Shown here: positions 19,566 to 28,800 of the stretch, piece after piece
Position numbering within the stretch: the first letter of the stretch is position 1
Layout of the letters: each line of letters begins with the position of its first letter
Notes under the pieces: model-generated
Database searches by the model: none
What the model saw: only the letters and a program-made list of their open reading frames with translations
What the model was told of the DNA's origin: nothing
Program-made: the position numbers and the translations under genes
Assembly: GCA_024645175.1 (NCBI GenBank)
Contig: JAHEGB010000003.1
Span: 30,708-94,707, forward strand
Length of the DNA: 64,000 nt
Direction of reading: 5' to 3'
DNA from: Microbacteriaceae bacterium
Lineage (GTDB): Bacteria > Actinomycetota > Actinomycetes > Actinomycetales > Microbacteriaceae

Positions 19566-19582
19566 GTGAAATCGGTTTCACA
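19566..19582. promoter_or_regulatory. LacI operator GTGAAATCGGTTTCACA upstream of the CBM-like secreted protein
   Basis: 17/18 identical to the 6260 site. Confidence 0.85.
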
Positions 19583-19712
19583 TTCACCCACATTTCATCT
19601 ACTTTTAATCCAAGGCAGTGTGTGCGCACTCCGGGATGCAATCGGTGTTTCTGGCGCACGCCATATATGCGGTTCATCCATCAGGCAAAAGGCGTGAAAG
19701 GAACGCATTTCA

Positions 19713-21857
19713 GTGAACACAGTTATCAGTAAATACCGCAGAGTCGCGGCGCTCGCGATTCTGTCTTTGATCTCATCAATGTTTTTGGTGATGCAGGCAG
19801 CAGTGCCGGCAAACGCGGCGACAGTGTCTGTCACCTTCGACACCGGTGGCGAGGCATATGTAACCCAAGACGCAGGAGCTTTTCCTGCGATTGTGACACC
19901 TCCTACCGCTCAGCCTGGTGGCGCGTCGAGTGCTTTGCGCATTATCGGTAATGGTTCATACACAGGAACAATCGTCGAAAACTACGACGGCTACGAAATC
20001 ATTTCGGCAGCTAACACGACTGTTACCGCCAAGGTTTACTCGGGTGTTGTCGGAACCCCATTCCGCCTAAAGCTCGAAGCCGGGCCAGGCGCACAGCGCG
20101 TTGAAAAAGACTACGTTACAACTACAACTGGTTGGGAAACCGCAACTTGGAACTTCTCAACTGGTTTGCCAAACGCATGGGACGGCAGTGGCGTGAACCC
20201 ACAGGTTCTAGATCACGCATTGAACTACAAGAAAGCGATTATCTTTCCGGACTTCGGTGCAAACACTTACGCAACCTTCTACATCGACGACATCACATTC
20301 AACAAAACTGTCACCTGCACCCCTGCAACAACTCCAGTAATCGCGTCAATGGAATCGAATGACAACGCAGGCATTACTCCAGTTGGTTTCGGTGGAACCG
20401 GCGGCGAGGTTGTATCAGCTCCAGAAGGTGGGTCGCAAGGCAACAGCAAGGCACTAAAGATTGTTAAGGGTTGGGAAACCTGGGCCGGCATCACCGTTCT
20501 AGACAACTCATGCATGAACTACGGTGCAAGCGGCAATGCAACCGCGAACGTCTACGCTCCAGCAGCCGGCCTTGACATGATGTTGAAGCTCGAAGGTGCA
20601 AACTCATTCGAAGCCCACGCAACAACTTGGCGCGCAGGCTGGCAGCAGTTGAAGTGGGACCTATCGACCATGACCGCTGGTGTTCACGGCAAGGTCAGCT
20701 TGTTCCCGAACTTCAACGTTGCTGACAACGGTCGAGTCTTCTTCTTGGATGACCTAGCCTTCAACGGCGCAACCTCGCCAATGTGGGGCAACAACCTGCC
20801 AAACATTCCGTTCTCAACCATCGACACTGACACGAACGGCAAGTATGTTCACGTTCGTTTGCAGAAGAGCTTTGTAACCCCAAGCTTCGATGCATCATGG
20901 TGGGACGGCATCTGGCAGTACCGTGACCCAGACACCAAGGCATACGTGAAGTACATCGCAGCGCGATCAACCTTCTCGTTGACTTACAAGGTGACTGATG
21001 CAAACGGTCAGGCAATGGCTAACACCCCGGTTGAATTAATCGTCAACGTGAACTGGTCATGTTCGAAGGCAACCTTCACATATGGCAGCACCGTGATCGA
21101 TAAGGACAACTGTTCAGGCGGTGGCGAGACTCGTTTGCCAAAGAAGAACACCGATGGCAACGGCGAGGTCACATTCGTATTGACCAACACCAACCTAAAG
21201 GGTGAAGCGATGCCTTCAAGCCTCACTTCTGCTCCGACTGTAGGAGTAGCAAATGAGATCGGCACCAACATCAAGCCTCACGTTGCAGACAAAGAAGGCA
21301 TCGACATGTTGCTAGCTCACTTCGTTGAGCCAGCAGGTGGCGTTGCAATCTCTGGCGCATCAGCAGCAGACATGACCGTAAACACCAAGACTCCTTTGAC
21401 CTTCAACTTGAAGGATGCAAACGGAAAAGCAATCTCAGGTGTTGACGTGAAGTTTGTTACCAACGGTGTTGGAACCGTAGGTCGCACCGCAACTACCGAC
21501 TCACAGGGCAACGTGACCACTTGGGTGAACAACGTCAATGACGTCACCGGTGTTCAGTCGGTAACCGCGAACTACTCAAGCCCAGGTAGCTTTCCAGCTA
21601 CTGCAACCACAACCATCAACTGGACCAGCACTCGACCTTGGCCGACCGTAACCGGTGGCAAGGGCGTTGTTACAGTCCAGATTGCTAACGGCTCGGGCAA
21701 GACAGCAAAGATTGTTGTTGCTGGCTCACCTGCAGTCACCAAGAAATTGACTTCAAACTCATCAACCGTGAGCGTGAAGGCAGCTGCCGGAACCAAGAAC
21801 GTGAGCGTGACGATCAATGGCGTCACAACTCGCGTTGCTGTAACGGTAACCAAATAA
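19713..21857 (+). CDS. Secreted non-catalytic multidomain protein: two CBM-like domains, the unassigned ~165-aa domain, a Big_1-like domain and a basic C-terminal domain
   Basis: Sec signal ending ANA-A; 'RLKLE...GWETATWNF...FYIDDITF' and 'MLKLE...GWQQLKWDL...FFLDDLAF'; 'TDGNGEVTF'; no GH catalytic motif. Confidence 0.85.
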   Translation: MNTVISKYRRVAALAILSLISSMFLVMQAAVPANAATVSVTFDTGGEAYVTQDAGAFPAIVTPPTAQPGGASSALRIIGNGSYTGTIVENYDGYEIISAANTTVTAKVYSGVVGTPFRLKLEAGPGAQRVEKDYVTTTTGWETATWNFSTGLPNAWDGSGVNPQVLDHALNYKKAIIFPDFGANTYATFYIDDITFNKTVTCTPATTPVIASMESNDNAGITPVGFGGTGGEVVSAPEGGSQGNSKALKIVKGWETWAGITVLDNSCMNYGASGNATANVYAPAAGLDMMLKLEGANSFEAHATTWRAGWQQLKWDLSTMTAGVHGKVSLFPNFNVADNGRVFFLDDLAFNGATSPMWGNNLPNIPFSTIDTDTNGKYVHVRLQKSFVTPSFDASWWDGIWQYRDPDTKAYVKYIAARSTFSLTYKVTDANGQAMANTPVELIVNVNWSCSKATFTYGSTVIDKDNCSGGGETRLPKKNTDGNGEVTFVLTNTNLKGEAMPSSLTSAPTVGVANEIGTNIKPHVADKEGIDMLLAHFVEPAGGVAISGASAADMTVNTKTPLTFNLKDANGKAISGVDVKFVTNGVGTVGRTATTDSQGNVTTWVNNVNDVTGVQSVTANYSSPGSFPATATTTINWTSTRPWPTVTGGKGVVTVQIANGSGKTAKIVVAGSPAVTKKLTSNSSTVSVKAAAGTKNVSVTINGVTTRVAVTVTK

Positions 21858-21879
21858 CCAGTTTCTCCTGGTTGGAGGT

Positions 21880-21916
21880 ATCGCGGGTGGTCGAAAGGCC
21901 ACCCGCGATTTTCTTT
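21880..21916 (+). terminator. Intrinsic terminator
   Basis: atcgcgggtggtc-gaaa-ggccacccgcgat followed by tttcttt. Confidence 0.85.
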
Positions 21917-21978
21917 AAGAAAGATTCGTGAACTTCGCGACATAATCCATGTAGAGAATCTTTCGCCGAGAGGGCATT

Positions 21979-22458
21979 TTGACGCCAGAGCAGTTCACCG
22001 AGGTCTTTCGCGAGCACCTGCCCGCGCTAAGCCGCTACCTCTCGCGCCGTGTTGCCGTTGACGATGTCGACGACCTTGCCGCCAGCGTGTTTGAAATCGC
22101 ATGGATGAAGCGTGCTCAAGTCGTTGTTGGCGAAGAGTTGCCGTGGCTCTATCGAATCGCAGCGTTTCAGGTTGCCAACCACCGCAGACGTTTGAACACC
22201 GCTGCCGGGTTCTTGAGAATGCAAAGCTCGGTGCAGTCTTCGCCGTCGCCAGAAGCTCTAGCCATTCTCGACTTTGACCTCGCCGAGGCGTGGAAGACCC
22301 TTACCGCAGCCGAAGCAGAGATCTTGGCCTTGGTTGCATTTGAAGATCTGACAATTCAAGATGCAGCTAAGTCAGCGGGAATCACCGCTAACGCCGCTAG
22401 CCTTCGACTATTCAAGGCACGCAAGAAAATCGAAGCCGCACTTGCCGAGAAAGATTAA
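21979..22458 (+). CDS. ECF sigma factor
   Basis: Region 2 'DVDDLAASVFEIAW...WLYRIAAFQVANHRR'; region 4 'EILALVAFEDLTIQDAA...RLFKAR'. Confidence 0.9.
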   Translation: MTPEQFTEVFREHLPALSRYLSRRVAVDDVDDLAASVFEIAWMKRAQVVVGEELPWLYRIAAFQVANHRRRLNTAAGFLRMQSSVQSSPSPEALAILDFDLAEAWKTLTAAEAEILALVAFEDLTIQDAAKSAGITANAASLRLFKARKKIEAALAEKD

Positions 22459-22464
22459 GCGCTC

Positions 22465-23772
22465 ATGCAACATAAACCAGATATGAACGAAGAAAACATC
22501 TTAAAGCGCATCAAGAGCGCAGACCCAGCGAGCGACATGGCAGTCGACGATAGCTTGCTCGATGGCGCAATCGCTTCGGGCACCATCAGGGCAAAAGTTG
22601 CTCGTCAGCGAAAGGCATTCTTTGCCGCTGCGGGTTCTGGCGTACTCGCCCTTTCGCTCGTGACTTCTATGGGCCTTGGCCAGAACAGCCCAACCGGTCT
22701 GATCACCCTTGGCCAGCAAGCCCAGGCTGGCAGCCCAATGTCTTCGGTTCGCGAAGGCAGCGGTCTTGCCTCAGACAAGATGATGATGGTCAACCCTTAC
22801 GTCTATAACTACGTGGCTGGCGAAAAGCTCAGCGATGCCGCTTCGAAGGGACACGTATACAAGGTTGAACTCAGTGGCAACCCTGCGTCGCTGCTCACCA
22901 AGCTAGCCGCGGTGTTTGGCGTCGACGGCGAGCCAACCACCCAGAAAATCGACATGGGCACCGATGCCGCAAGCTACGAATTCTTCACTGTTGGTGCTCA
23001 AGATGGCAAAGCAAAGACCTTAAACCTTTCATGGATAGGTTCTGGCAACTGGTGGTTCTCTGACCCTGCGGCGTATCCGCAATCTGAGTGCACCGATTGG
23101 GCCGAAAGCGAAGACGGTCAGAAGTATTGCTCGATCTATGCAGAGCAAAAGCCAACCCCAGAGTTGGTGCCAACCAAGGCCGAAGCAATGAGCGAGGCAA
23201 TTCGAATTTTCAAGTCGCTCGGTTTCAACGCGAAGCCAGAGCAGATTCGTGTGCAGAGTGATCAGTGGGGAGCATGGGCTTCGGCAAGCGTGCAACTTAA
23301 TGGCGAAGACACTCCTATCGAATGGTCAGTGTCTTGGTCATCAAACGGAAAAATCTCTTCGGTCTCTGGCCACTCAATGAAGTTTGTTGACAAGGGTGAA
23401 TTCAAAACCATTTCAGCAAAAGACGCAGTTTCTCGATTGAGCGACTGGCGATACAACGGTTCTCTCGCGAGCTCGCAGTATGACAAATATTTTGTTCAGC
23501 CGTTGTCTGCCTACGGTTCGCCAACAACTAAAGACCTAAGCAATGACATGGTCGTTGATCCCGGTATTGCAATCGACCAGCCGGTCGCCGAACCTTCACC
23601 AACGACCATCACGGTTGTTGTCGAGAAGGCAATCGAAGTTCACGTGATGATCTGGGACTCAACCGGAAGCAACTGGTTGGTGCCTGGCTACATCATGACT
23701 TCAGACCAGGGGGCTTTGTCGCCGGTTTACTCACTCGAAGACGGGGTAGTGGCGCTGCCGCCAAAGAATTAG
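22465..23772 (+). CDS. Putative anti-sigma factor (single TM, large extracytoplasmic domain)
   Basis: Directly follows the ECF gene; short cytoplasmic N-terminus ('IKSADPA'), basic stop, one TM helix, then ~350 polar residues. Confidence 0.65.
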   Translation: MQHKPDMNEENILKRIKSADPASDMAVDDSLLDGAIASGTIRAKVARQRKAFFAAAGSGVLALSLVTSMGLGQNSPTGLITLGQQAQAGSPMSSVREGSGLASDKMMMVNPYVYNYVAGEKLSDAASKGHVYKVELSGNPASLLTKLAAVFGVDGEPTTQKIDMGTDAASYEFFTVGAQDGKAKTLNLSWIGSGNWWFSDPAAYPQSECTDWAESEDGQKYCSIYAEQKPTPELVPTKAEAMSEAIRIFKSLGFNAKPEQIRVQSDQWGAWASASVQLNGEDTPIEWSVSWSSNGKISSVSGHSMKFVDKGEFKTISAKDAVSRLSDWRYNGSLASSQYDKYFVQPLSAYGSPTTKDLSNDMVVDPGIAIDQPVAEPSPTTITVVVEKAIEVHVMIWDSTGSNWLVPGYIMTSDQGALSPVYSLEDGVVALPPKN

Positions 23773-23836
23773 CTCTGCCGCTCAAGCCCTCTCGCCTAAA
23801 CTTGAGTGAACGCCCACCCACTTTCAAGGAGCCATT

Positions 23837-25024
23837 ATGTCTGAGCGACCTCAGGTAAAACCGGCTACCGAAGGCTGGAAGCAGAAGCTCGGCGAAGACG
23901 GCAAGCCACTTCTTCAGTTTGCCGATGTAAAAAAGAGCCTTCCGGCAACCCACTGGGCCGACATGAGTGTCGACGAGCGTGTCGAAGCGGTAAAAGCCCT
24001 TGGCTTGCCTGCCTTTAGGGCCAAGCAGATCTCGACTCACTACTTCACTCACTACACAAGCGACCCGGCCGACATGACCGACCTTCCGGCAGCCGGCCGC
24101 GAAGAGCTGGTCACCAAGCTGCTGCCACCGTTGCTAACTGAACTTCGTCGTCTGCAAACCGACAAGGGCGACACCATCAAATTTCTCTGGAAGCTGCACG
24201 ACGGAGCGCTAGTCGAGTCTGTGTTGATGCGTTATCCGGGAAGAATCACGCTCTGTGTTTCATCGCAGGCTGGCTGCGGAATGAACTGCCCGTTCTGCGC
24301 GACCGGTCAAGCTGGTCTTACTCGCAACATGAGCGCTGCCGAAATTGTCGACCAGGTTGTTGCTGCAAACCGCGCAATCGCGCGCGGTGAACTTCTCGGC
24401 AGCAAGCGCAAGCCTGGCGAAGACCCTGAGCGCGTAACCAACATTGTGTTTATGGGTATGGGTGAGCCGCTTGCTAACTACAACCGCTTGATGTCTGCTG
24501 TTCGCACGATGGTTGCCGAGCAGCCAAACGGGCTTGGCATGAGCGCGCGACAGATCACCGTTTCGACAGTTGGTCTTGTTCCTGCGATTAAGAAACTCGC
24601 AGAAGAAAACCTAATGGTTACTTTTGCGCTTTCGCTTCACGCACCTGACGACGAATTGCGCGACGAGTTAATTCCGGTCAACTCAAAGTGGAAAGTCGAC
24701 GAAGCACTCGACGCAGCTCGCGAATATTTTGATGCAACAGGTCGTCGCGTTTCAATCGAGTATGCCCTCATCAAAGACATGAACGATCACGCGTGGCGCG
24801 CAGACCTGCTCGCCGAAAAACTAAACGCACGTGGCAAGGGTTGGGTGCACGTAAACCCGATTCCGCTGAACCCAACACCGGGTTCAATCTGGACAGCCTC
24901 GACCCGCGAAGCTACCGACGAGTTTGTGCGTCGACTAGAACGTGCCGGCATTCCGACCAATCTTCGCGATACTCGCGGAAAAGAGATCGACGGAGCCTGC
25001 GGCCAGCTCGCCGCTGCCGATTAA
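23837..25024 (+). CDS. rlmN: 23S rRNA (adenine(2503)-C2)-methyltransferase RlmN
   Basis: '[18 protein letters not shown]','VFMGMGEP','IDGACGQL'. Confidence 0.97.
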   Translation: MSERPQVKPATEGWKQKLGEDGKPLLQFADVKKSLPATHWADMSVDERVEAVKALGLPAFRAKQISTHYFTHYTSDPADMTDLPAAGREELVTKLLPPLLTELRRLQTDKGDTIKFLWKLHDGALVESVLMRYPGRITLCVSSQAGCGMNCPFCATGQAGLTRNMSAAEIVDQVVAANRAIARGELLGSKRKPGEDPERVTNIVFMGMGEPLANYNRLMSAVRTMVAEQPNGLGMSARQITVSTVGLVPAIKKLAEENLMVTFALSLHAPDDELRDELIPVNSKWKVDEALDAAREYFDATGRRVSIEYALIKDMNDHAWRADLLAEKLNARGKGWVHVNPIPLNPTPGSIWTASTREATDEFVRRLERAGIPTNLRDTRGKEIDGACGQLAAAD

Positions 25025-25668
25025 GCCTTCGTGGTTATCCGTGAAATTAGCTTGCGCGCGCCAAGCAAAATGAACCCGAGCGAGATCATCAAAACCGTGA
25101 TTCCGCCGATGTATGTGAACATGCCGCTGAGGCCGCCTTCGTCGTTTGGGTTCAAGAACCAGTAGGCCCACCAACCATCGACGATGCCTCGGGTAACCGA
25201 AAACGCCAACCAAGCCAACGGAAAAGCCGCCACCCAGAATGCCGCGCGAAGGCGAACCTGCGATGCCCCGGCGACAACCAACCAGTCGAGCAGCATGAAG
25301 ACAGCTGCCCAAACGTGCATGATCTCGTTTGGCACAACGGGCCAGTCATAGCCCGCATCACGGATGTCTCCTGGGGTTCCGCGAAGCAGCGCGTTATATA
25401 CAAGTGCGATAACGACTGAATAAGTCGTGGCCGAGACTCGCGCGATCGTGACCTGGCGCTTTTCTGGGGTGCCGCTCCAAGCGAGCCATCCGGTGTATGC
25501 CATCATGACCGAGGCAATTAGCGTGCCCTGAATGCTGAAGTATGCGAAGTACTCTGCTGGTCTAAATAGGTTGTGGGCCAGGCGGTCGGTGACCTGCCAG
25601 GCAACGCTTGAGAAGATTGCTGCTGCTGCGAGCCAGCGATAAATCGCCACGATGCGAGTTGGTTTCAT
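25021..25668 (-). CDS. Pr6Pr/FAR-17a-like membrane protein
   Basis: 'YFAYFSIQG','VYNALL','IMHVW','WWAYWFLNP'; 6 TM segments. Confidence 0.75.
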   Translation of the reverse strand: MKPTRIVAIYRWLAAAAIFSSVAWQVTDRLAHNLFRPAEYFAYFSIQGTLIASVMMAYTGWLAWSGTPEKRQVTIARVSATTYSVVIALVYNALLRGTPGDIRDAGYDWPVVPNEIMHVWAAVFMLLDWLVVAGASQVRLRAAFWVAAFPLAWLAFSVTRGIVDGWWAYWFLNPNDEGGLSGMFTYIGGITVLMISLGFILLGARKLISRITTKA

Positions 25669-25811
25669 GGGCTAAATCTAATGCTGCCTTCGCATGAAAA
25701 GAGCGTCAAACCGCCTTGTGTTAGGCATTCGTGATAGCGAACATTCAGGCCTGCTTCAAATACCTCGAATTTAGGCTTAAGGGTTAGGTTCACCTATTAA
25801 TCGGGGCGCAA

Positions 25812-28800
25812 TTGGCAGATTGGTTCAAGGCATTTGTTGCCGGTCAGCAAAAGCTGGTCGGTGGTTTTGTTGTTGTCTTTCTGACCCTCGCGCTTTCATT
25901 TGCAGGAGCTTTCGAGACACCTATTACTCCGACCCAACCTGCTCAGGCAGCAGGTCAAGTTTGTGCCGATGGCTGGACTCTCGTGACAGCGGCTGGAACA
26001 TACAAGAACTACTGCTACAAGCAGATGACCAACACCGCTACAACTCTTACGGTTCCGCCAGGAGTAAACACTCTCGTCGTTAACGCCTACGGCGGTGGCG
26101 GTGGAAACGGTGGAAACGCTTACGACGGATGTTGTGGTCACGACGGTTGGGGTGGCGGTGGCGGTGCCGGCGACAAAGTAATCGGAAACCTCACGGTTGC
26201 CGCTGGCCAGGTGATCGGTTTTTATCCGGGAACAAAAGGAGCGACCGGCGGTCAAAACTCGAGCCTAACAAGTGCCGGTGGTGTCAGTTCATACAGCACC
26301 TCTTATAACGGTGGAACCGGTGCACCTGGCAGTGGAAACTACTTCGGTGGTTCTGGTGGTGGTGGTGGAGCCGCAACCATTCTTACTGTCGATTCGACTA
26401 TTTCTCTGATCGCTGCCGGCGGTGGCGGTGGTGGCGGTGCAGGTTATTGTCAGGCGAGCGGAACCGGCGCAACGGGACCTGTCGCGAACGGAACGGCAAC
26501 TAACGGCGCAAACGGAACCGGCAAAGGTGGCGGTGGTGGCGGTGGTGTCGTCGGAGGTGCCGGCGGTGCAAGCCAGGGATACAACGGAAGCTGCTCGAAC
26601 GTTTTTGGCACAACCTACCGAGGTCTCGGTGGAGCACGCGCAACCAGCACGACAACTTTTGGAACACTAAGCACTCACACCGCAAGCATCAACGGTCAGA
26701 TCGATGCCTGGTATGCACCGACTCCGGTTGCAACCATCACACTGAACGCAGAGACTCAGCCACCGACCCTCAACTCTTGGACTTACACGGTCAACTTCTT
26801 GCCAGACACCACTGGTGTTGAGTCTTCAGACTTCACGATGCTCGAGAATGGCCAACCGGCGACCGGCTGGAACATCGGCGCGGTTACTGGTGGTCCTGCC
26901 ACCTTCTCGATTACGGTGACCAAGTCTGGTCTTGCAGACCAGACGCCTATTGCCCTGCGAGTCGATCAGTCTCTCGTTCAAAATCAATCGTTTGGGCAGG
27001 CGGGTGTTGGCACAAGTCAATCTGCTGACTTCATCGTCGACACCCTTGCGCCTACCGTCACCTCGATTGATGTTACGCCTGATCTTGTTACAGCAAACAA
27101 GATTTCTGTCACTATGAATTTCTCTGAACCGATTTATCAAATCGACCTCACCAAGATTTTGCTTGCAGGAACGTCAACTACCTGGACGCCAACTAAACCT
27201 GCTGTAACCGTCTATCCAATCTCTAGCTACACATTCACGGTCGTGAGCTCAGCTCTCGTTGACGGCACTCTATTGATCACTGGAAGCGCACAAGTTGTGA
27301 CCGACGCAGCCGGAAACAAAAACACAGTCGACGGTGCACTCTCTGAAACAGTAAACACAACTACAAAACCGAGTGTGACGATGTTTGCGCCGCGAGCAGC
27401 GCGCTTCAGCGCAAATACGCAAACTTTTGACTTGGTGTTCAACCGCGCGGTTTATGGGCTAACCGCGGCAGATGTCACATTTGTAACTAACGCCGGCTGT
27501 GCGGTGACTCCAGTGGTATCGGGTTCAGGTTTCGCTTACACGGTAACCGTCAACGCCTGCACCACCGGTGGAGACATAAAGTTGCGTCTCGCAGCCAACG
27601 CTGTAAAAGACAAAGTTGCAATTGATGGCCCAACTGCATTTTTCGATTCATCAATAGCGACCCGCGACATTGTCGGCCCAACAGTCACTTCGATCAGCGA
27701 TGTGGTTAAGGGCAACTCTGTCGACTACACCTATACATTTAGTGAGCCAGTCTTTGGTTTCACTTCGGCAGACCTAAGCAGCTACACCGGCACGACAACC
27801 GCCGGCTGGACATTCACCGAGCCAGTGCGTGTTGGCACAACGAATTCCTACACCTTTACTGCAAGCAATACGAATGCGGTGACCGGTGTGCTCAAGGTCA
27901 ACATTGCCACCGGTGGCGTAACCGATGATGTTGGCAACGTGAACCTGGCCCTTACCGCACAGAACTACACCGACTCAACGGCGAACCTTTGGTTCTTGCC
28001 GACCTTTACAACTGGCACCCTGGCCACTATTTCGAGCCAAGACACCGCCCTCGCGCCTTCATTCACCCTGGACGGCAAAGGCGGCAACATCAACGGCATC
28101 CGTGTGACCATCACGAACGCAAAGCCAGGCGACACCCTGAGCGCCACCGCCCTCTCGGGCATGTCTGTGACCGTGACCAACGGCTCGGTTCTGACAGCCA
28201 CCGGCACGACGCCAACACTTGCCAACTGGCAGACCTTTATTCAGAGCATCAAGATCAAGACGACCAGCACCGACACAACCGCTAGATCGATTGAGTTTCA
28301 TCTAAAGCCATTTGTTGGCTACTCGTTCGAAACGGGCCAAGTCTATGAACAGTATTCATCGGGCCTCGGATGGGATGCTCTTAAGGCAATCGCTAATGCG
28401 AAGAACCTTGGTTCAAACTATGGATACCTAGCAGTAATTAACGACGTTGCAGAGCGCGATTTCGTAACCGGATTCACAACACAAACTGTGCTCACCGGCA
28501 TGAAGAAAACTGTTGGCACAGATACAACTAATTTCGCTAACGAAATCGTCAAAGCATTTGACGGCCCAGACCTCACCTCAACACTGACAACAGTTAACTG
28601 GTACACAGCTCAACCAGACGCTGCATCTCAGTTCTGTCTTGCGATGTATTCGACAGGCCAGGTGGGCAATTTAGGTAAGTTCTCTGACGTTAGTTGCACA
28701 AGCCCCGGCACATTGAACGCGCTAATCGAATATGGCGGCATGCCAGGCGGCACGAGTTTTGTATCTTCGCAAACAGTAAACGCATCGGTCGATGTTGGCG

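Noticed and set aside
5249-21857. Glucan locus as a mobile genomic island
   Set aside because: No integrase, transposase, tRNA or flanking direct repeats were seen, and composition looks similar to the flanks.
21930-21957. GAACTT as an autoregulatory ECF -35 box
   Set aside because: No convincing -10 element at proper spacing and no second copy in the window.
25950-26720. Gly-rich tips of the giants as PE-PGRS proteins
   Set aside because: There is no PE domain; they have Sec-type signals and fit a generic glycine-rich (polyglycine II) adhesin domain better.
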